From Abditibacteriaceae bacterium (GTDB lineage: Bacteria > Armatimonadota > Abditibacteriia > Abditibacteriales > Abditibacteriaceae): DNA of 64,000 nt. Shown here piece after piece: positions 8,635 through 18,561 of this stretch; within the stretch, counting starts at the first letter, position 1; the number at the start of each line of letters is the position of its first letter. The stretch is from the NCBI GenBank assembly GCA_965277285.1, contig OZ255721.1, positions 3,680,001 to 3,744,000 on the forward strand. The letters run 5' to 3'. The notes beneath the pieces were generated by a model. It ran no database searches, was not told where the DNA came from, and saw only the letters and a program-made list of their open reading frames with translations. The position numbers and the translations under genes were made by a program.

Positions 8635-10704
8635 ATGATTTTTTCGCGGCGCGTAGCGCTTGGAACCTTGTGCAGCCTGCTCGCTTTAGCGGGTTGTCAT
8701 CAGCCGTCGGCGACCGATGTGGTGCGCGAGCGCGTGCAGAACGCGGTCGAGAAAAACAAAGATGCCATCCAGGATTTCGGCACGCTCGTCACCAAGAATT
8801 CCAAACTCACCGGCAACGACGCGCAAGGCCGTCCTTTGTGGAGTTTGCAATTCAAGCTGGGGCAAATTCACAACGAAAGCGACGCCAATTCCAATGCGAC
8901 GCGTCATGGCGATTTGCAAAACGCGCACGCCACGTTGTACCGCGACGGCAAACCAGAAACGACCTTCAGCGCCCAGAAGATCAAGTTCTCCGATTCGCCG
9001 CACGGCTTGCTGATGACGCTCAGCGACGGCGTGCAGGCAACGACACAACCAAGCGCGCTGACCAACGCCAAACCAAACGCCAAACCCGACGCGAAATCGA
9101 GTACTCGAAGCGCGACATTGCCCGTTCAGACGTTGCCGGTTCAAATGAAAACCGCGCAACTGCAGATTGATGTCGGGGCGCGGCATTTAAGTTCCGACTC
9201 GCTGGTCACGATGACGCAAGGACAAACGGTCGTCGTCGCGCAAAAAATGACGGCGGACACGTCTTTAGCCGTCGCGCACGCCACGAATGGCGTGGTTGCG
9301 ACAAGCCCGCAAGGTCGCATCACGGCGCAAAACGCGGTCTGGTCGTGGGGCAAAGGTCGCGCGCAGGCGACGGGAAATGTCACGATTTCGCACAACCAAA
9401 CGCAGCTCGTCGGGCAAACTTTAGATGCTGATTCCACTGGCGGGCGTGGCGCCTTGAGCGGAAAAAATGGCGTGACGGCGACTTCGCCGCAGGGCGCGGC
9501 CAAAGCGGATCGAGTACTCTACAATTGGAATGCGGGGCGCGTTTCCGCTGTCGGCGGCGTCACGATGCAGAAAGAAGGTTCGACGTTGCGCGCGTCGCAG
9601 ATCGATTCCGACGACAAATTGAACGCCGCGACTGCCAGCGGCGAAGTCGTGCTGACGCGCGGCGACGCGACGGTTCGTGCGACGCACTTGCAAGCCTTCG
9701 ATAAAATGACGCGCGTAGTTGCGACAAATGGCACGACCGTTCAGCGTCCCGGAGAAACGCTCAACGCCGACAACGCGACCGTCTGGTTGAATGAAAAACG
9801 CGCGACGGCCAACGGCAATGTGAGCTTGACGCGCGCCGATGGTACCTTGACCGCGAATCGCGCCGATTACGATTCGGCGTCCGCTTATGCGACCGCAAGC
9901 GGCGATGTCGTGATCCGTCATCAGGGTGCCACGCTCAAAGCCGATCACGCCGAATACTGGACGCAAAGCGGTCGCGCGATTGGAACTGGAAACGTTTCTC
10001 TGCTGCGCCGCGATGTCACGGTGGACGCCAATCGCGTCGAAGCCGAAAACGTTTCCGACCAGAACAAAACGCAAATCGTGGCGACCGGCGATGTCCACGC
10101 GCGCGCCAATCAAGGCACGATTCGCGGGCAGCGCGTGACGTGGAACAATCGCGGCGCGGTGGCGACGGGCGATGTCACTTTGCAGCGCAGCGGCAACACT
10201 TTGCGCGGGCAGCGTTTGGAAACTGATGCGCAATTCAACAGCGCGACCTTGAGCGGCGGCGTCAGCGGCGACTTGAGCAGCGGCGGCACGTTTTCGGGCA
10301 ACGCGATGCACTGGGTTCGCGTACTCGATGGACGAATTTTGCCGCAGAACGGGCGCGTCACGGCGCGTGGCGGCGTGGAAATGCGGCGTCAAGGCGTAGT
10401 TTTGCGCGCCCCGGATTTGGATGCGTCGGGCGATGGGAAAAACGTGCTGATGTCGGGCGGCGTGGTTGCGACCGGCAAAGATGGTGCGGAAGTGCGTTCG
10501 CAGACAGCGCGTTACGATGCGTCGCGCCAAACGATTGTCGCGCAGGGCGATGTCTGGTACAAAGACGCTGGCGGCAATCGCTTGCATGGCACCAATCTGG
10601 TGGCGCGCCTGGTTGGAAACACCTTCAAGGACGCGACTCTGGACAACGTGCGCGGCAAAGGTCATTCTCAGATTTTTAGCGGCAAAACTTTGTTCGGCGA
10701 TTGA
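8635..10704 (+). CDS. Large LptC/LptA(OstA)-like beta-jellyroll repeat lipoprotein
   Basis: Lipobox LLALAGC, LptC-like start (GRPLWSL), many A.G.V....G..L.A repeats; lies upstream of lptB. Confidence 0.7.
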   Translation: MIFSRRVALGTLCSLLALAGCHQPSATDVVRERVQNAVEKNKDAIQDFGTLVTKNSKLTGNDAQGRPLWSLQFKLGQIHNESDANSNATRHGDLQNAHATLYRDGKPETTFSAQKIKFSDSPHGLLMTLSDGVQATTQPSALTNAKPNAKPDAKSSTRSATLPVQTLPVQMKTAQLQIDVGARHLSSDSLVTMTQGQTVVVAQKMTADTSLAVAHATNGVVATSPQGRITAQNAVWSWGKGRAQATGNVTISHNQTQLVGQTLDADSTGGRGALSGKNGVTATSPQGAAKADRVLYNWNAGRVSAVGGVTMQKEGSTLRASQIDSDDKLNAATASGEVVLTRGDATVRATHLQAFDKMTRVVATNGTTVQRPGETLNADNATVWLNEKRATANGNVSLTRADGTLTANRADYDSASAYATASGDVVIRHQGATLKADHAEYWTQSGRAIGTGNVSLLRRDVTVDANRVEAENVSDQNKTQIVATGDVHARANQGTIRGQRVTWNNRGAVATGDVTLQRSGNTLRGQRLETDAQFNSATLSGGVSGDLSSGGTFSGNAMHWVRVLDGRILPQNGRVTARGGVEMRRQGVVLRAPDLDASGDGKNVLMSGGVVATGKDGAEVRSQTARYDASRQTIVAQGDVWYKDAGGNRLHGTNLVARLVGNTFKDATLDNVRGKGHSQIFSGKTLFGD

Positions 10705-10711
10705 AAATCGT

Positions 10712-10777
10712 GTAGGGGCGTCAGCTTGCTGCGCCCAACGTTTCACAAACACGGGCGCAGCAAGCTGACGCCCCTAC
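10712..10777. repeat. GTAG-type REP doublet
   Basis: Perfect 25-bp arms GTAGGGGCGTCAGCTTGCTGCGCCC; close relative at 21052-21120. Confidence 0.85.
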
Positions 10778-10805
10778 GATAACGTTTGAACTTAGGAAAA
10801 CGATC

Positions 10806-11975
10806 ATGCAATTGAAAAATAGGAAACATCCGCGCGCGACTTTGCGAACCATCAATCGAGTACTCGAATCGGCGCTGTGGAGCGGCGCTTTGTTGCTTTC
10901 GCTGAGTGTTGCGGCGCACACTCAACCTACGGCGCGCGCTGGCTTCGATTTCGGCGGCAAAAAATTCTCGAAGCGCGACAATGGTGTGCGATTAGACGGC
11001 GATGCTTATATCAAATCGCCGCAATTGGACGCACGTGCCAACACCATCGCCTTCGATTTCGAGGGTCGTCAGGTCACTTCGGTGCGCGCCGTTGGTGGCG
11101 TCAATTTGAAGATTAACATGGTGCCGCGCGGTGGCGGCGCTCCGGCGCGCATCGAAACCACCAGCGACAACGCCAGCCTCGATCCGGTCAATCGCGTTCT
11201 AATTTTGACGGGCAATGTCGATGGTTTTTACCAATTGCAGGGCGGCGCCAGAAACACCTTGAAAGGCAGCAAAGCGACCATCAATTATTCGGTGGCGAAA
11301 CAATTTTCGGCCAATGTCGAAGGCGGTAGCGGCGGCGTGCAACTCGTTATTCCTGCGCCGGAAACGCCTGCGGGAACGACGCAGCAAATCGGCGCCATTA
11401 CAGTTACGGGACAAAACCTAAACGTGGACAGCGCGCAATCGACGGCGGTTGTGACGGGCAACGCGCACGCATTTTCGACGGGCGGCGCCACGCGCTTTGA
11501 TTTTACCGGCCCTAATTTCACTGTCACGCGCGAAGCCGCGACTGGCGCGATGACCAATCTTCGCTCCAGCGGACGCTCGTTGCTCAAAGTGAATTTGCCC
11601 GTCGCGCCTGTCAGTACAACAACGGCAACGCCAGTCGCGCCCACGACTTCGAGTACTGGAAACGTTGTGGGGACGAACAATCCGGGTCGCCCGACTTATC
11701 TCGAAGTGGCGGGCGATGCCGTTACGATCAACGTGGCGCGCGATGCGAGCGGCGCGATGCAATTGAGCACGTTGACTTTCGACGGCAACGTCACCGGTTT
11801 TTATCGCCTGCAAACGCCGGACGGCAAAACGACCGACAACCGTTTTACGGGCGATCATGCGGTTATCCAAAACGTCGGAAGCAGCGCAAGTGGTGCATCG
11901 AACGCCGCCAATTTCCAGATCGAAGTGACGGGCGCGCCAGTCAATATCCAAACGCCGTTTGAACTGGGCTTTTAA
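10806..11975 (+). CDS. LptA/OstA-like periplasmic protein
   Basis: Signal peptide; beta-jellyroll motifs VRAVGGV, LILTGNV and LTFDGNV; immediately upstream of lptB. Confidence 0.6.
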   Translation: MQLKNRKHPRATLRTINRVLESALWSGALLLSLSVAAHTQPTARAGFDFGGKKFSKRDNGVRLDGDAYIKSPQLDARANTIAFDFEGRQVTSVRAVGGVNLKINMVPRGGGAPARIETTSDNASLDPVNRVLILTGNVDGFYQLQGGARNTLKGSKATINYSVAKQFSANVEGGSGGVQLVIPAPETPAGTTQQIGAITVTGQNLNVDSAQSTAVVTGNAHAFSTGGATRFDFTGPNFTVTREAATGAMTNLRSSGRSLLKVNLPVAPVSTTTATPVAPTTSSTGNVVGTNNPGRPTYLEVAGDAVTINVARDASGAMQLSTLTFDGNVTGFYRLQTPDGKTTDNRFTGDHAVIQNVGSSASGASNAANFQIEVTGAPVNIQTPFELGF

Positions 11976-11994
11976 GCCCAAACTCGATGAGATT

Positions 11995-12062
11995 GTAGGG
12001 GCTTAGCGTGCCAAGCCCTTGTCTCGATGCGGCGCTGCGGGCTTGGCACGCCAAGCCCCTAC
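11995..12062. repeat. GTAG-type REP doublet
   Basis: GTAGGGGCTTAGCGTGCCAAGCCC / GGGCTTGGCACGCCAAGCCCCTAC. Confidence 0.8.
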
Positions 12063-12103
12063 ACAACGCGCGCGGTTAGTTAAGGTGTCGGCCACTGGAA
12101 ATT

Positions 12104-12991
12104 ATGAACATCATGCCCGATTCTTCGGCCACTCAAAACGATTCTCTGAGCGCGCCCGCGAGCGATTCCGCAAACGCGAGCGCGAGCGTTCCAGTACTCG
12201 ATGCGGCGCGCAAAGTTGCGGTGGAAATTCGCGGGCCGGAATTTATTACGGCGCGCGGGCTGCAAAAAAGTTACGGCGGGCGCATGGTTGTCAACGGCGT
12301 GGACATCGAAGTTCGTCGCGGCGAAGTCGTCGGACTTTTGGGGCCAAACGGCGCTGGCAAAACAACTTCGTTTTATATGATTATGGGTTTGGTGCGCCCC
12401 AATGCGGGTGTCGTGCGCTTGGGCGACAAAAACATCACGCACTGGCCGATGCACAAGCGCGCGCGTGCAGGAATTGGTTATCTGGCGCAGGAACCATCGG
12501 TTTTTCGCCAGTTGAGCGTGGAAGACAACATCCGCGCCGTCCTGGAATTGATGCCGCTTTCGCCAGCACAGCAGGCCGAACGCTTGGAAGAATTATTGGA
12601 TGACCTCGATTTGACGGAGCGCCGCCGTTCGCGCGGCTTGTCTTTGTCGGGCGGCGAGCGACGACGCACAGAAATCGCGCGCACATTGGCGCGTGATCCG
12701 GCTTTTATTTTGTTGGACGAACCTTTCACGGGCGTTGATCCGATTGCGCGGCGCGACATCCAGCGCACGGTGATTCGCTTGAAACATCGCGGCATTGGCA
12801 TTTTGATTACCGACCAGAACGAACGCGATACACTGGACATCGTGGATCGTGGCTACATCGTCAGCGGCGGCCAGATTTTGACGCAGGGCACGGCGGATGA
12901 ATTGTTGCAAGACGAGCAAGCGCGCGCTGTTTATTTTGGCGAACGCTTCGAGCGACCTTTCAATTCTTCCGAACCCTCTGAACCTTCCTGA
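12104..12991 (+). CDS. lptB: LPS export ABC transporter ATPase
   Basis: GLLGPNGAGKTTSFYM, GIGYLAQEPSVFR, LSGGERRR and LLDEPFTGVDP motifs. Confidence 0.92.
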   Translation: MNIMPDSSATQNDSLSAPASDSANASASVPVLDAARKVAVEIRGPEFITARGLQKSYGGRMVVNGVDIEVRRGEVVGLLGPNGAGKTTSFYMIMGLVRPNAGVVRLGDKNITHWPMHKRARAGIGYLAQEPSVFRQLSVEDNIRAVLELMPLSPAQQAERLEELLDDLDLTERRRSRGLSLSGGERRRTEIARTLARDPAFILLDEPFTGVDPIARRDIQRTVIRLKHRGIGILITDQNERDTLDIVDRGYIVSGGQILTQGTADELLQDEQARAVYFGERFERPFNSSEPSEPS

Positions 12992-13052
12992 CGATCCTGC
13001 AAACGCGATTCGAGTACTCGAATTATGATCTCGGCTTCTTTTTCTCCGCGCG

Positions 13053-14747
13053 ATGTTCAAGTATCAAACCATCATTATTCTGTTGCTCGTGCTGGGCGCG
13101 GCGACGTGTTTCATCGCCTATATGTCTGACCAGTTGGGCATGAAGCTGGGCAAAAAGCGCATTTCTCTGAATGTCGGGCGTTTCAGTTTGCGTCCGCGCC
13201 AGACGGCGACCGCGCTGTCGATGGCTTCCAGCCTGGCCGTGATGATCGTGACGATGCTGGTGCTTTTGGCGATTAATCCGTCGCTGCGCCAAGGCTTGCT
13301 TTATTACGATGAAGCGCGCCGCGAAAACGCGCGGCTGAGCGGTCTCAATGCAGAACTCAAAACTCAATCCGATCAGCAAAGCAACGCGATCAAAAAGCAA
13401 ACGCAATCCAATCAACAGCTCGAAAATTCGTTGCGCGGCAAAAACCTGCAACTCGTCGGCTTGAACAATCGCGTCAGCCAAACGCAGCAACAAGTCAACG
13501 CCGCGCAACAGCAATTGGACGCGGCGCAACACAATTTACATAGTGCGCAATCCGAACGCGAAGCGGCACAACACGCGCGTGACGCCGCTCAGTCGGCGCG
13601 CGATGCGGCGCAAGCGGCGCAGAATCGGGCGCAAGCCGGACAGCAGCAAGCGCGTCAGGGTGAAGCGCAGGCGCGCGCCGGTTTCCAAGAAGCTCAGTCG
13701 CGTTTTCAAGCGGCGCAAGCGCGCTTTGTGCAGGCGCAGCAACAGGAAAAAATCGCGCGGCAACGTGTTACGACCGCGCGCACGGAGTTGCATAGCGCCA
13801 ACGCGCAGCTTTCGAGTACTCAATCAAAATTGGCGAATGCGCGCGTTCTTCTCAACGCAGCGAAGCAGCAAACGGCGACGGCTCAACGTCAAGCCGCCAA
13901 TGCGCAACGCCAGACTTTGGATGCGCAACGACAAACAGCGGAAACCATGCGCCTGAAAGCCAATGCCAATGCTCAACTGGCGATAGCCGCTCAGAACTTG
14001 AGCATCGCCAAAGGTGTTTTGTCGGGCGAGATCAAAGTCATTGTTCCCGCCGGTCAAGTTTTTAGCGCCGCGACCATTCCCGCGCAAACCAACTCCGCGC
14101 AAGTTTTGGATATTTTGCATAAATTGCTCGCGCAAGCCGCACAAAACGCCAGGGCAATGAATTTTCAGTCGATCAATCTGGACATGACTTCCTTCCGCCA
14201 GGACGATCCAATTGCGGACTTGAGCGAAGAACAACAATTGAAGTTGGCGGCGGACGTTTATGCGGCTCAAACGCCTATTTCAGTGCGAATCGTCGCCGCG
14301 CGCGATCATCCTGAAGGCGAAACCGAGCTTGTGGTGCGACCTTTTGGCGTCGAGGTGCATTCGGCTTTCACGTCCGGCGAAGTCATTGCTCAGACCACCA
14401 TTAACGGAAGTCAAAGCGGTGCGCAAGGCGATGCGCAAGTTTTTAATCGCTTGCTCAGCTTGCTCGATGAAGGTCAGAAAGTCGCGGCAGCACGCGGCGT
14501 GGCGCCGATTCCTTCCACAGCGGAACCCAATATCTATGCTTCTGATACGCGATTGAGCATCTTCCAAGCGCTGCGCCAGATCCAGCAAAAAGGTGGCGAA
14601 GTTCCGGTTCGTCTGGTCGCTGCAACTGCACTTTCCACGATTGAACCTGTTCATATACGCATCGAAGTCGGCGATGCAACTTCAACTTCCGATGCGACAC
14701 CAGGCATAACGCCAGACAAGGTTTCCGGCGCGCCACAGAAAACCTGA
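13053..14747 (+). CDS. DUF3084-like membrane-anchored coiled-coil protein
   Basis: IAYMSDQLGMKLGKKRISL..LRPRQTA N-terminus, long Q/A-rich coiled coil, located between lptB and a yqgF-like gene. Confidence 0.75.
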   Translation: MFKYQTIIILLLVLGAATCFIAYMSDQLGMKLGKKRISLNVGRFSLRPRQTATALSMASSLAVMIVTMLVLLAINPSLRQGLLYYDEARRENARLSGLNAELKTQSDQQSNAIKKQTQSNQQLENSLRGKNLQLVGLNNRVSQTQQQVNAAQQQLDAAQHNLHSAQSEREAAQHARDAAQSARDAAQAAQNRAQAGQQQARQGEAQARAGFQEAQSRFQAAQARFVQAQQQEKIARQRVTTARTELHSANAQLSSTQSKLANARVLLNAAKQQTATAQRQAANAQRQTLDAQRQTAETMRLKANANAQLAIAAQNLSIAKGVLSGEIKVIVPAGQVFSAATIPAQTNSAQVLDILHKLLAQAAQNARAMNFQSINLDMTSFRQDDPIADLSEEQQLKLAADVYAAQTPISVRIVAARDHPEGETELVVRPFGVEVHSAFTSGEVIAQTTINGSQSGAQGDAQVFNRLLSLLDEGQKVAAARGVAPIPSTAEPNIYASDTRLSIFQALRQIQQKGGEVPVRLVAATALSTIEPVHIRIEVGDATSTSDATPGITPDKVSGAPQKT

Positions 14748-14788
14748 AACCGTTTTGAAAAGCGCGGCTTGAAGTCTTTAATTTCCAA

Positions 14789-15241
14789 ATGACCGAAAAA
14801 TCCAGCGATTCTACCAAAAGTCAAAGCGCGGCGTTGGTGATTGCAATTGATCCGGGGCGCGACAAATGCGGCGTCGCGGTCGTCGCATTTGCGCCATTTC
14901 GAGTACTCGAACGCCAGATCGTGCCGCGCAAAACGGTTGTTTCTCATCTGGAAACCTTGACCGCGCGCTTTCCCGACGCGATTTTTGTGTTGGGACACGC
15001 GACGACATCGCAAACCTTGAAAGCCGAAATGGAGACGCGTTTTCCCGCTTTGGCTTTGCATGAGCAGGACGAAACTGGCTCGACACTGGAAGCGCGCGAT
15101 CTTTACTGGAAAGAAAAACCGCCGCGTGGTTGGCGCCGCATGTGGCCTTTGTCGCTGCAAATGCCACCCGAACCCGTCGATGATTTTGCGGCCATCGTGT
15201 TGGCGCAACGCTTCCTGAAACGAGACGAACCCCAAGCGTAA
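14789..15241 (+). CDS. YqgF/RuvX-like RNase H-fold nuclease
   Basis: IAIDPGRDKCGVA, DETGSTLEAR and PVDDFAAIVLA motifs. Confidence 0.8.
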   Translation: MTEKSSDSTKSQSAALVIAIDPGRDKCGVAVVAFAPFRVLERQIVPRKTVVSHLETLTARFPDAIFVLGHATTSQTLKAEMETRFPALALHEQDETGSTLEARDLYWKEKPPRGWRRMWPLSLQMPPEPVDDFAAIVLAQRFLKRDEPQA

Positions 15242-15296
15242 ATGGCAGACTTTCAAATATCGCAAGCTACGGTGAAAGTCATAGACATTTGGAGGT

Positions 15297-15383
15297 AACG
15301 AACCCTGAGCGTCAGCGACGGGTGGAACATCAAGCGACAACGAACACTTACTTTCCACCCGTCGCTTACGCTTGGGGTTCGTT
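15297..15383. repeat. REP-like doublet between convergent genes (possible bidirectional terminator)
   Basis: AACGAACCCTGAGCGTCAGCGACGGGTGGAA / TTCCACCCGTCGCTTACGCTTGGGGTTCGTT. Confidence 0.8.
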
Positions 15384-17318
15384 GGATGGAATAGCAGTGT
15401 TTTGTGGACGCGATTTCTTGCCGATCAAGCGCTGGAGTTGCCGATGCGTTGCGAGTAGGAGAACTGCGCTGAACGTCGAAACCGTCAGCGCGAAGGCAAG
15501 CGCCATGTTGGTGGCCGTGTCGCCTTCGCCATAATTCATCCCCATGCGGTTGGCGGTGTCGAACATTTCGGCCATAGCGACGACGGGATGCCACAACTTC
15601 AAAAAGTCGTTGATAGTGCGCGTCGAGCCATAATTGCGGCTGCTGTCCGCGACGATGTAGAGCAGGGCGGGAACCGCGATATAAGCGAACAGCAGCGAGC
15701 CGATTGTCCACACCACGGCTGGCCAAACGCGCTTGAGATGCGCCGACCAGAACAAACCCCAGCACAGCAAAACCCACGATGCGCTGGCTGCAATAACCAG
15801 CGTGCCGAAAAACAAATCAGGCGTGACTTTCGAGTACGAACTGGAAGAGGCGAGCACGCCCTCAATGCAGAATATTGTCGGCGCCCATAAAACCGCGCCT
15901 ATCAGCAACGCCACGCCGAACGGTGGCAGCAATTTCCCCCACAAAATCTGCGACGGCGACAGCAGCGAAAGTTGGATGCCTTCCCAGGTTCCGCCTTCGT
16001 GTTCGCGCGTGAAAGCCAAAGCGCCTTGCACGCACGAAAAGCACAGCATAATCAGCAGCGCGATGATGGTGATCACGCTCCACGTATCGACCGAGCGTCC
16101 GGCGGGATCGTTAATCAAACGTCCCATCGCCCATAAGCACAAAAGCGCGGTACCCAGAGCGACCAGGCGTGTTGCGATTTGCGAACGTCGCGCGACACGA
16201 CGCCAACGTGCGCGACGCCGCACTTCGCGCTCCAGCATCGGATTCGTCGAACGAAAACGCGCCAGCCAATTCCACTGCCACCACAACGAATCGCTTTGCC
16301 GATTGGAAAGCACATCGCGTTGCAGCAGCGAATTTGGCGCAACGCCTTTCGCAGCAGCCGCATTCGAGTACTCGATAGTGGAATTTGCACGCCGCAAGAA
16401 GCGTCGTTTCCTGGTTGGCGATAAAACATCTTCCGCTGCGTCTGCGAAGGGTTTGCTCAAAGTTCGCGCGGCGAAAATCCACAACAAAAGCGCGGCGACA
16501 ATTTGAAACGCGACGTTGAGAATCCAGTCGGGAACGTCCACGCCGACATAAGTGAGCATCCATGATGAGGACAGCGAAGAACTGCTGACGTTCACCATGT
16601 CGTAAAGAAAAACCAGCAGCGGATCGGTGCGCCACACGAAATCGAGAGGTGCTGCGTACAACAAATCAGTTTTGGAGGAAAACGGCGCGGCGTAAGCCCA
16701 TGGCGAGCGCGATTCGTGCGCGACCATCACCAGAAACGTGAGCAACGCCCAGCCGATGACGACCGCGAAGGTCGAAGTCATGGCGCTCGTGGCGCGTCGT
16801 CCTCGCGCTGAAGCCCACAAACCCAGACACATTCCGCAGCAGACCGTCGCTATTTGCAACGCCAGAGCAACGCCAAATTCTCCGGGCGAAACGCCGCCCA
16901 GCAAAAAACAAAGCGCCGTCACGGGGAGCGGCGCGAACATCAACAAAATTACCACCAAGGACGCGGAACCTAATTTCCCCGTGCAAATACGCCATGCCGA
17001 AAGCGGCGTCAATTGCAACAATTCGAGCAAGCCGTGTTCGCGCTCGCCTGCGATGGAAGTCGCGGTCAAAGCCGGGCCGATCAACATCCACGCCACGATT
17101 TGCAAGCCGGACAACATCAGGAAAAGGTTGTGCCCGACGCGCGCCATATCGCCCGCCACCGAACTCGTGTCGGACGAAATCGAAGACGATGCGTAAACGA
17201 TGCCCGCCGTGACCGCCAGCAACGTCACATAACCAAACACCAGCACCATGCTGCGCCCGCCACGCCAGCGCGCCCGCAGTTCGCGTGTCACAATCGGGTT
17301 GATGATGAGAGAAGTCAT
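15366..17318 (-). CDS. ABC-2 type transporter permease with an internal duplication
   Basis: Two homologous halves: NPIVTRELR...SIAGEREHGLLELLQLTPL..I..GKL and NPMLEREVR...FTREHEGGTWEGIQLSLL..I..GKL. Start moved to ATG 17318 because the longer start lies inside a REP. Confidence 0.8.
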   Translation of the reverse strand: MTSLIINPIVTRELRARWRGGRSMVLVFGYVTLLAVTAGIVYASSSISSDTSSVAGDMARVGHNLFLMLSGLQIVAWMLIGPALTATSIAGEREHGLLELLQLTPLSAWRICTGKLGSASLVVILLMFAPLPVTALCFLLGGVSPGEFGVALALQIATVCCGMCLGLWASARGRRATSAMTSTFAVVIGWALLTFLVMVAHESRSPWAYAAPFSSKTDLLYAAPLDFVWRTDPLLVFLYDMVNVSSSSLSSSWMLTYVGVDVPDWILNVAFQIVAALLLWIFAARTLSKPFADAAEDVLSPTRKRRFLRRANSTIEYSNAAAAKGVAPNSLLQRDVLSNRQSDSLWWQWNWLARFRSTNPMLEREVRRRARWRRVARRSQIATRLVALGTALLCLWAMGRLINDPAGRSVDTWSVITIIALLIMLCFSCVQGALAFTREHEGGTWEGIQLSLLSPSQILWGKLLPPFGVALLIGAVLWAPTIFCIEGVLASSSSYSKVTPDLFFGTLVIAASASWVLLCWGLFWSAHLKRVWPAVVWTIGSLLFAYIAVPALLYIVADSSRNYGSTRTINDFLKLWHPVVAMAEMFDTANRMGMNYGEGDTATNMALAFALTVSTFSAVLLLATHRQLQRLIGKKSRPQNTAIPSNEPQA

Positions 17319-17338
17319 GGCAGTGGATAATCGACTTT

Positions 17339-17442
17339 GTAGGGTCGCGCGGCGTGCGTCCTCGTTCAGCGCCTCGTTCGACACACCTTTGAATGCGCAA
17401 TTAAAACTGATTGCAAAGGGTGCGCGCGCCGTGCGACCCTAC
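17339..17442. repeat. GTAG-type REP doublet (imperfect)
   Basis: GTAGGGTCGCGCGGCGTGCG / GCGCGCGCCGTGCGACCCTAC. Confidence 0.7.
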
Positions 17443-17451
17443 AAAACCAGG

Positions 17452-18378
17452 TTATTGCACTTTAGCGGCGTCTCTGGCCACTTGCTCGTTTTGCTGAATG
17501 ACAAGCAGCAGCGTATGCAAAAACGCTTCAGATTCAACGCGCGATGGCGACGCGTAACCCAATCGAGTACTCAATCGTGTGCCCAGGCTTTGCGCCAGAC
17601 GCGAACGCGCATCGCCGCGCAATTTGTCGCTCCGCTGGATATAATCATGCAATAGCTCGCGGTCTTCATCGGTCAAGAGCCACAACGGAACGGGAGCGCT
17701 TCCATCGGTTTGCGGCGTCGTTCCATCCGAAAACGAAGCCGCGACCGAAGCCGCCGCGACTGTTGCAGGCAAAGGCGCCGAGAGTTTCGTCGCTTCAAAC
17801 GAAGTAAGGAACGCTTCCGCCGCTTCGTTGATGTCAAGGACTTTCGAGCGCGTCGCGTCATAGCGTTCGCGTGCGACAACCGTTCCCGCCACCAGGTCGC
17901 CGATACGCCGGTTGTGCGGGTTGATGATCGCCACCAGCGCGCCCAATCCGTACATACTGGGCAGAAAATCGACGGCGCGCAGCAGGTTGCGCACAAAAAT
18001 CGCCCACGTTCCGGCCATCATGCCGTCGCTTTGCATGACGCGCAAGCCCAGCCATCGCTTGCCCGGCGTTTGCCCGTCCCACAGCCATTCGAACAAAAAT
18101 TGAGAACCCAGCACGACCGTTGAAATCAGAAAAATTAGAAACGCCGAAGCGCCCGATTCGAGCCATTTGACCCAGACGGCGTTCTGCGGCAAAAATTGCC
18201 AGACTTCAATCGTCGCCCAGATAATCAAACCGATGAGCAACGCTTGCAACAACGTATCGAGCGCCAGCGCGCCGAAACGCGAACCCAGACCAGCCGTTTC
18301 GACCGCCAGACCGACGTTTTCCGACGACAAAATCGAAATGTCGTCTTCCCATTCGTTGCCGCGCGTGATGTTGCTCAT
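17452..18378 (-). CDS. RDD family membrane protein
   Basis: AGLGSRFGALALD, GQTPGKRWLGLRV, RNLLRAVD and RRIGDLVAGTVV motifs. Confidence 0.88.
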   Translation of the reverse strand: MSNITRGNEWEDDISILSSENVGLAVETAGLGSRFGALALDTLLQALLIGLIIWATIEVWQFLPQNAVWVKWLESGASAFLIFLISTVVLGSQFLFEWLWDGQTPGKRWLGLRVMQSDGMMAGTWAIFVRNLLRAVDFLPSMYGLGALVAIINPHNRRIGDLVAGTVVARERYDATRSKVLDINEAAEAFLTSFEATKLSAPLPATVAAASVAASFSDGTTPQTDGSAPVPLWLLTDEDRELLHDYIQRSDKLRGDARSRLAQSLGTRLSTRLGYASPSRVESEAFLHTLLLVIQQNEQVARDAAKVQ

Positions 18379-18397
18379 AAATGGTTTCTTTTTAACC

Positions 18398-18462
18398 AAC
18401 CGCGCGGAAGCAAGCGGGCTTTGACTGCAAGAACATAAGCCCGCTTGCTTCCGCGCGCGGTT
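18398..18462. repeat. Intergenic inverted repeat
   Basis: CGCGCGGAAGCAAGCGGGCTT / AAGCCCGCTTGCTTCCGCGCG. Confidence 0.7.
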
Positions 18463-18494
18463 ATTTGGGCGAAATCGAGTACTGGAAAGGCGAC

Positions 18495-18557
18495 GTAGGG
18501 GCGCCCCTTGTGGTCGCCCTATGCCGAAAAACGGGCGACCACAAGGGTCGCCCCTAC
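18495..18557. repeat. GTAG-type REP doublet
   Basis: GTAGGGGCGCCCCTTGTGGTCGCCC / GGGCGACCACAAGGGTCGCCCCTAC; same subfamily as 59162-59255. Confidence 0.85.
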
Positions 18558-18561
18558 AAAC

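Noticed and set aside
9421..10752. 443-aa minus-strand ORF
   Set aside because: Antisense shadow of the Lpt-like gene; no motifs.
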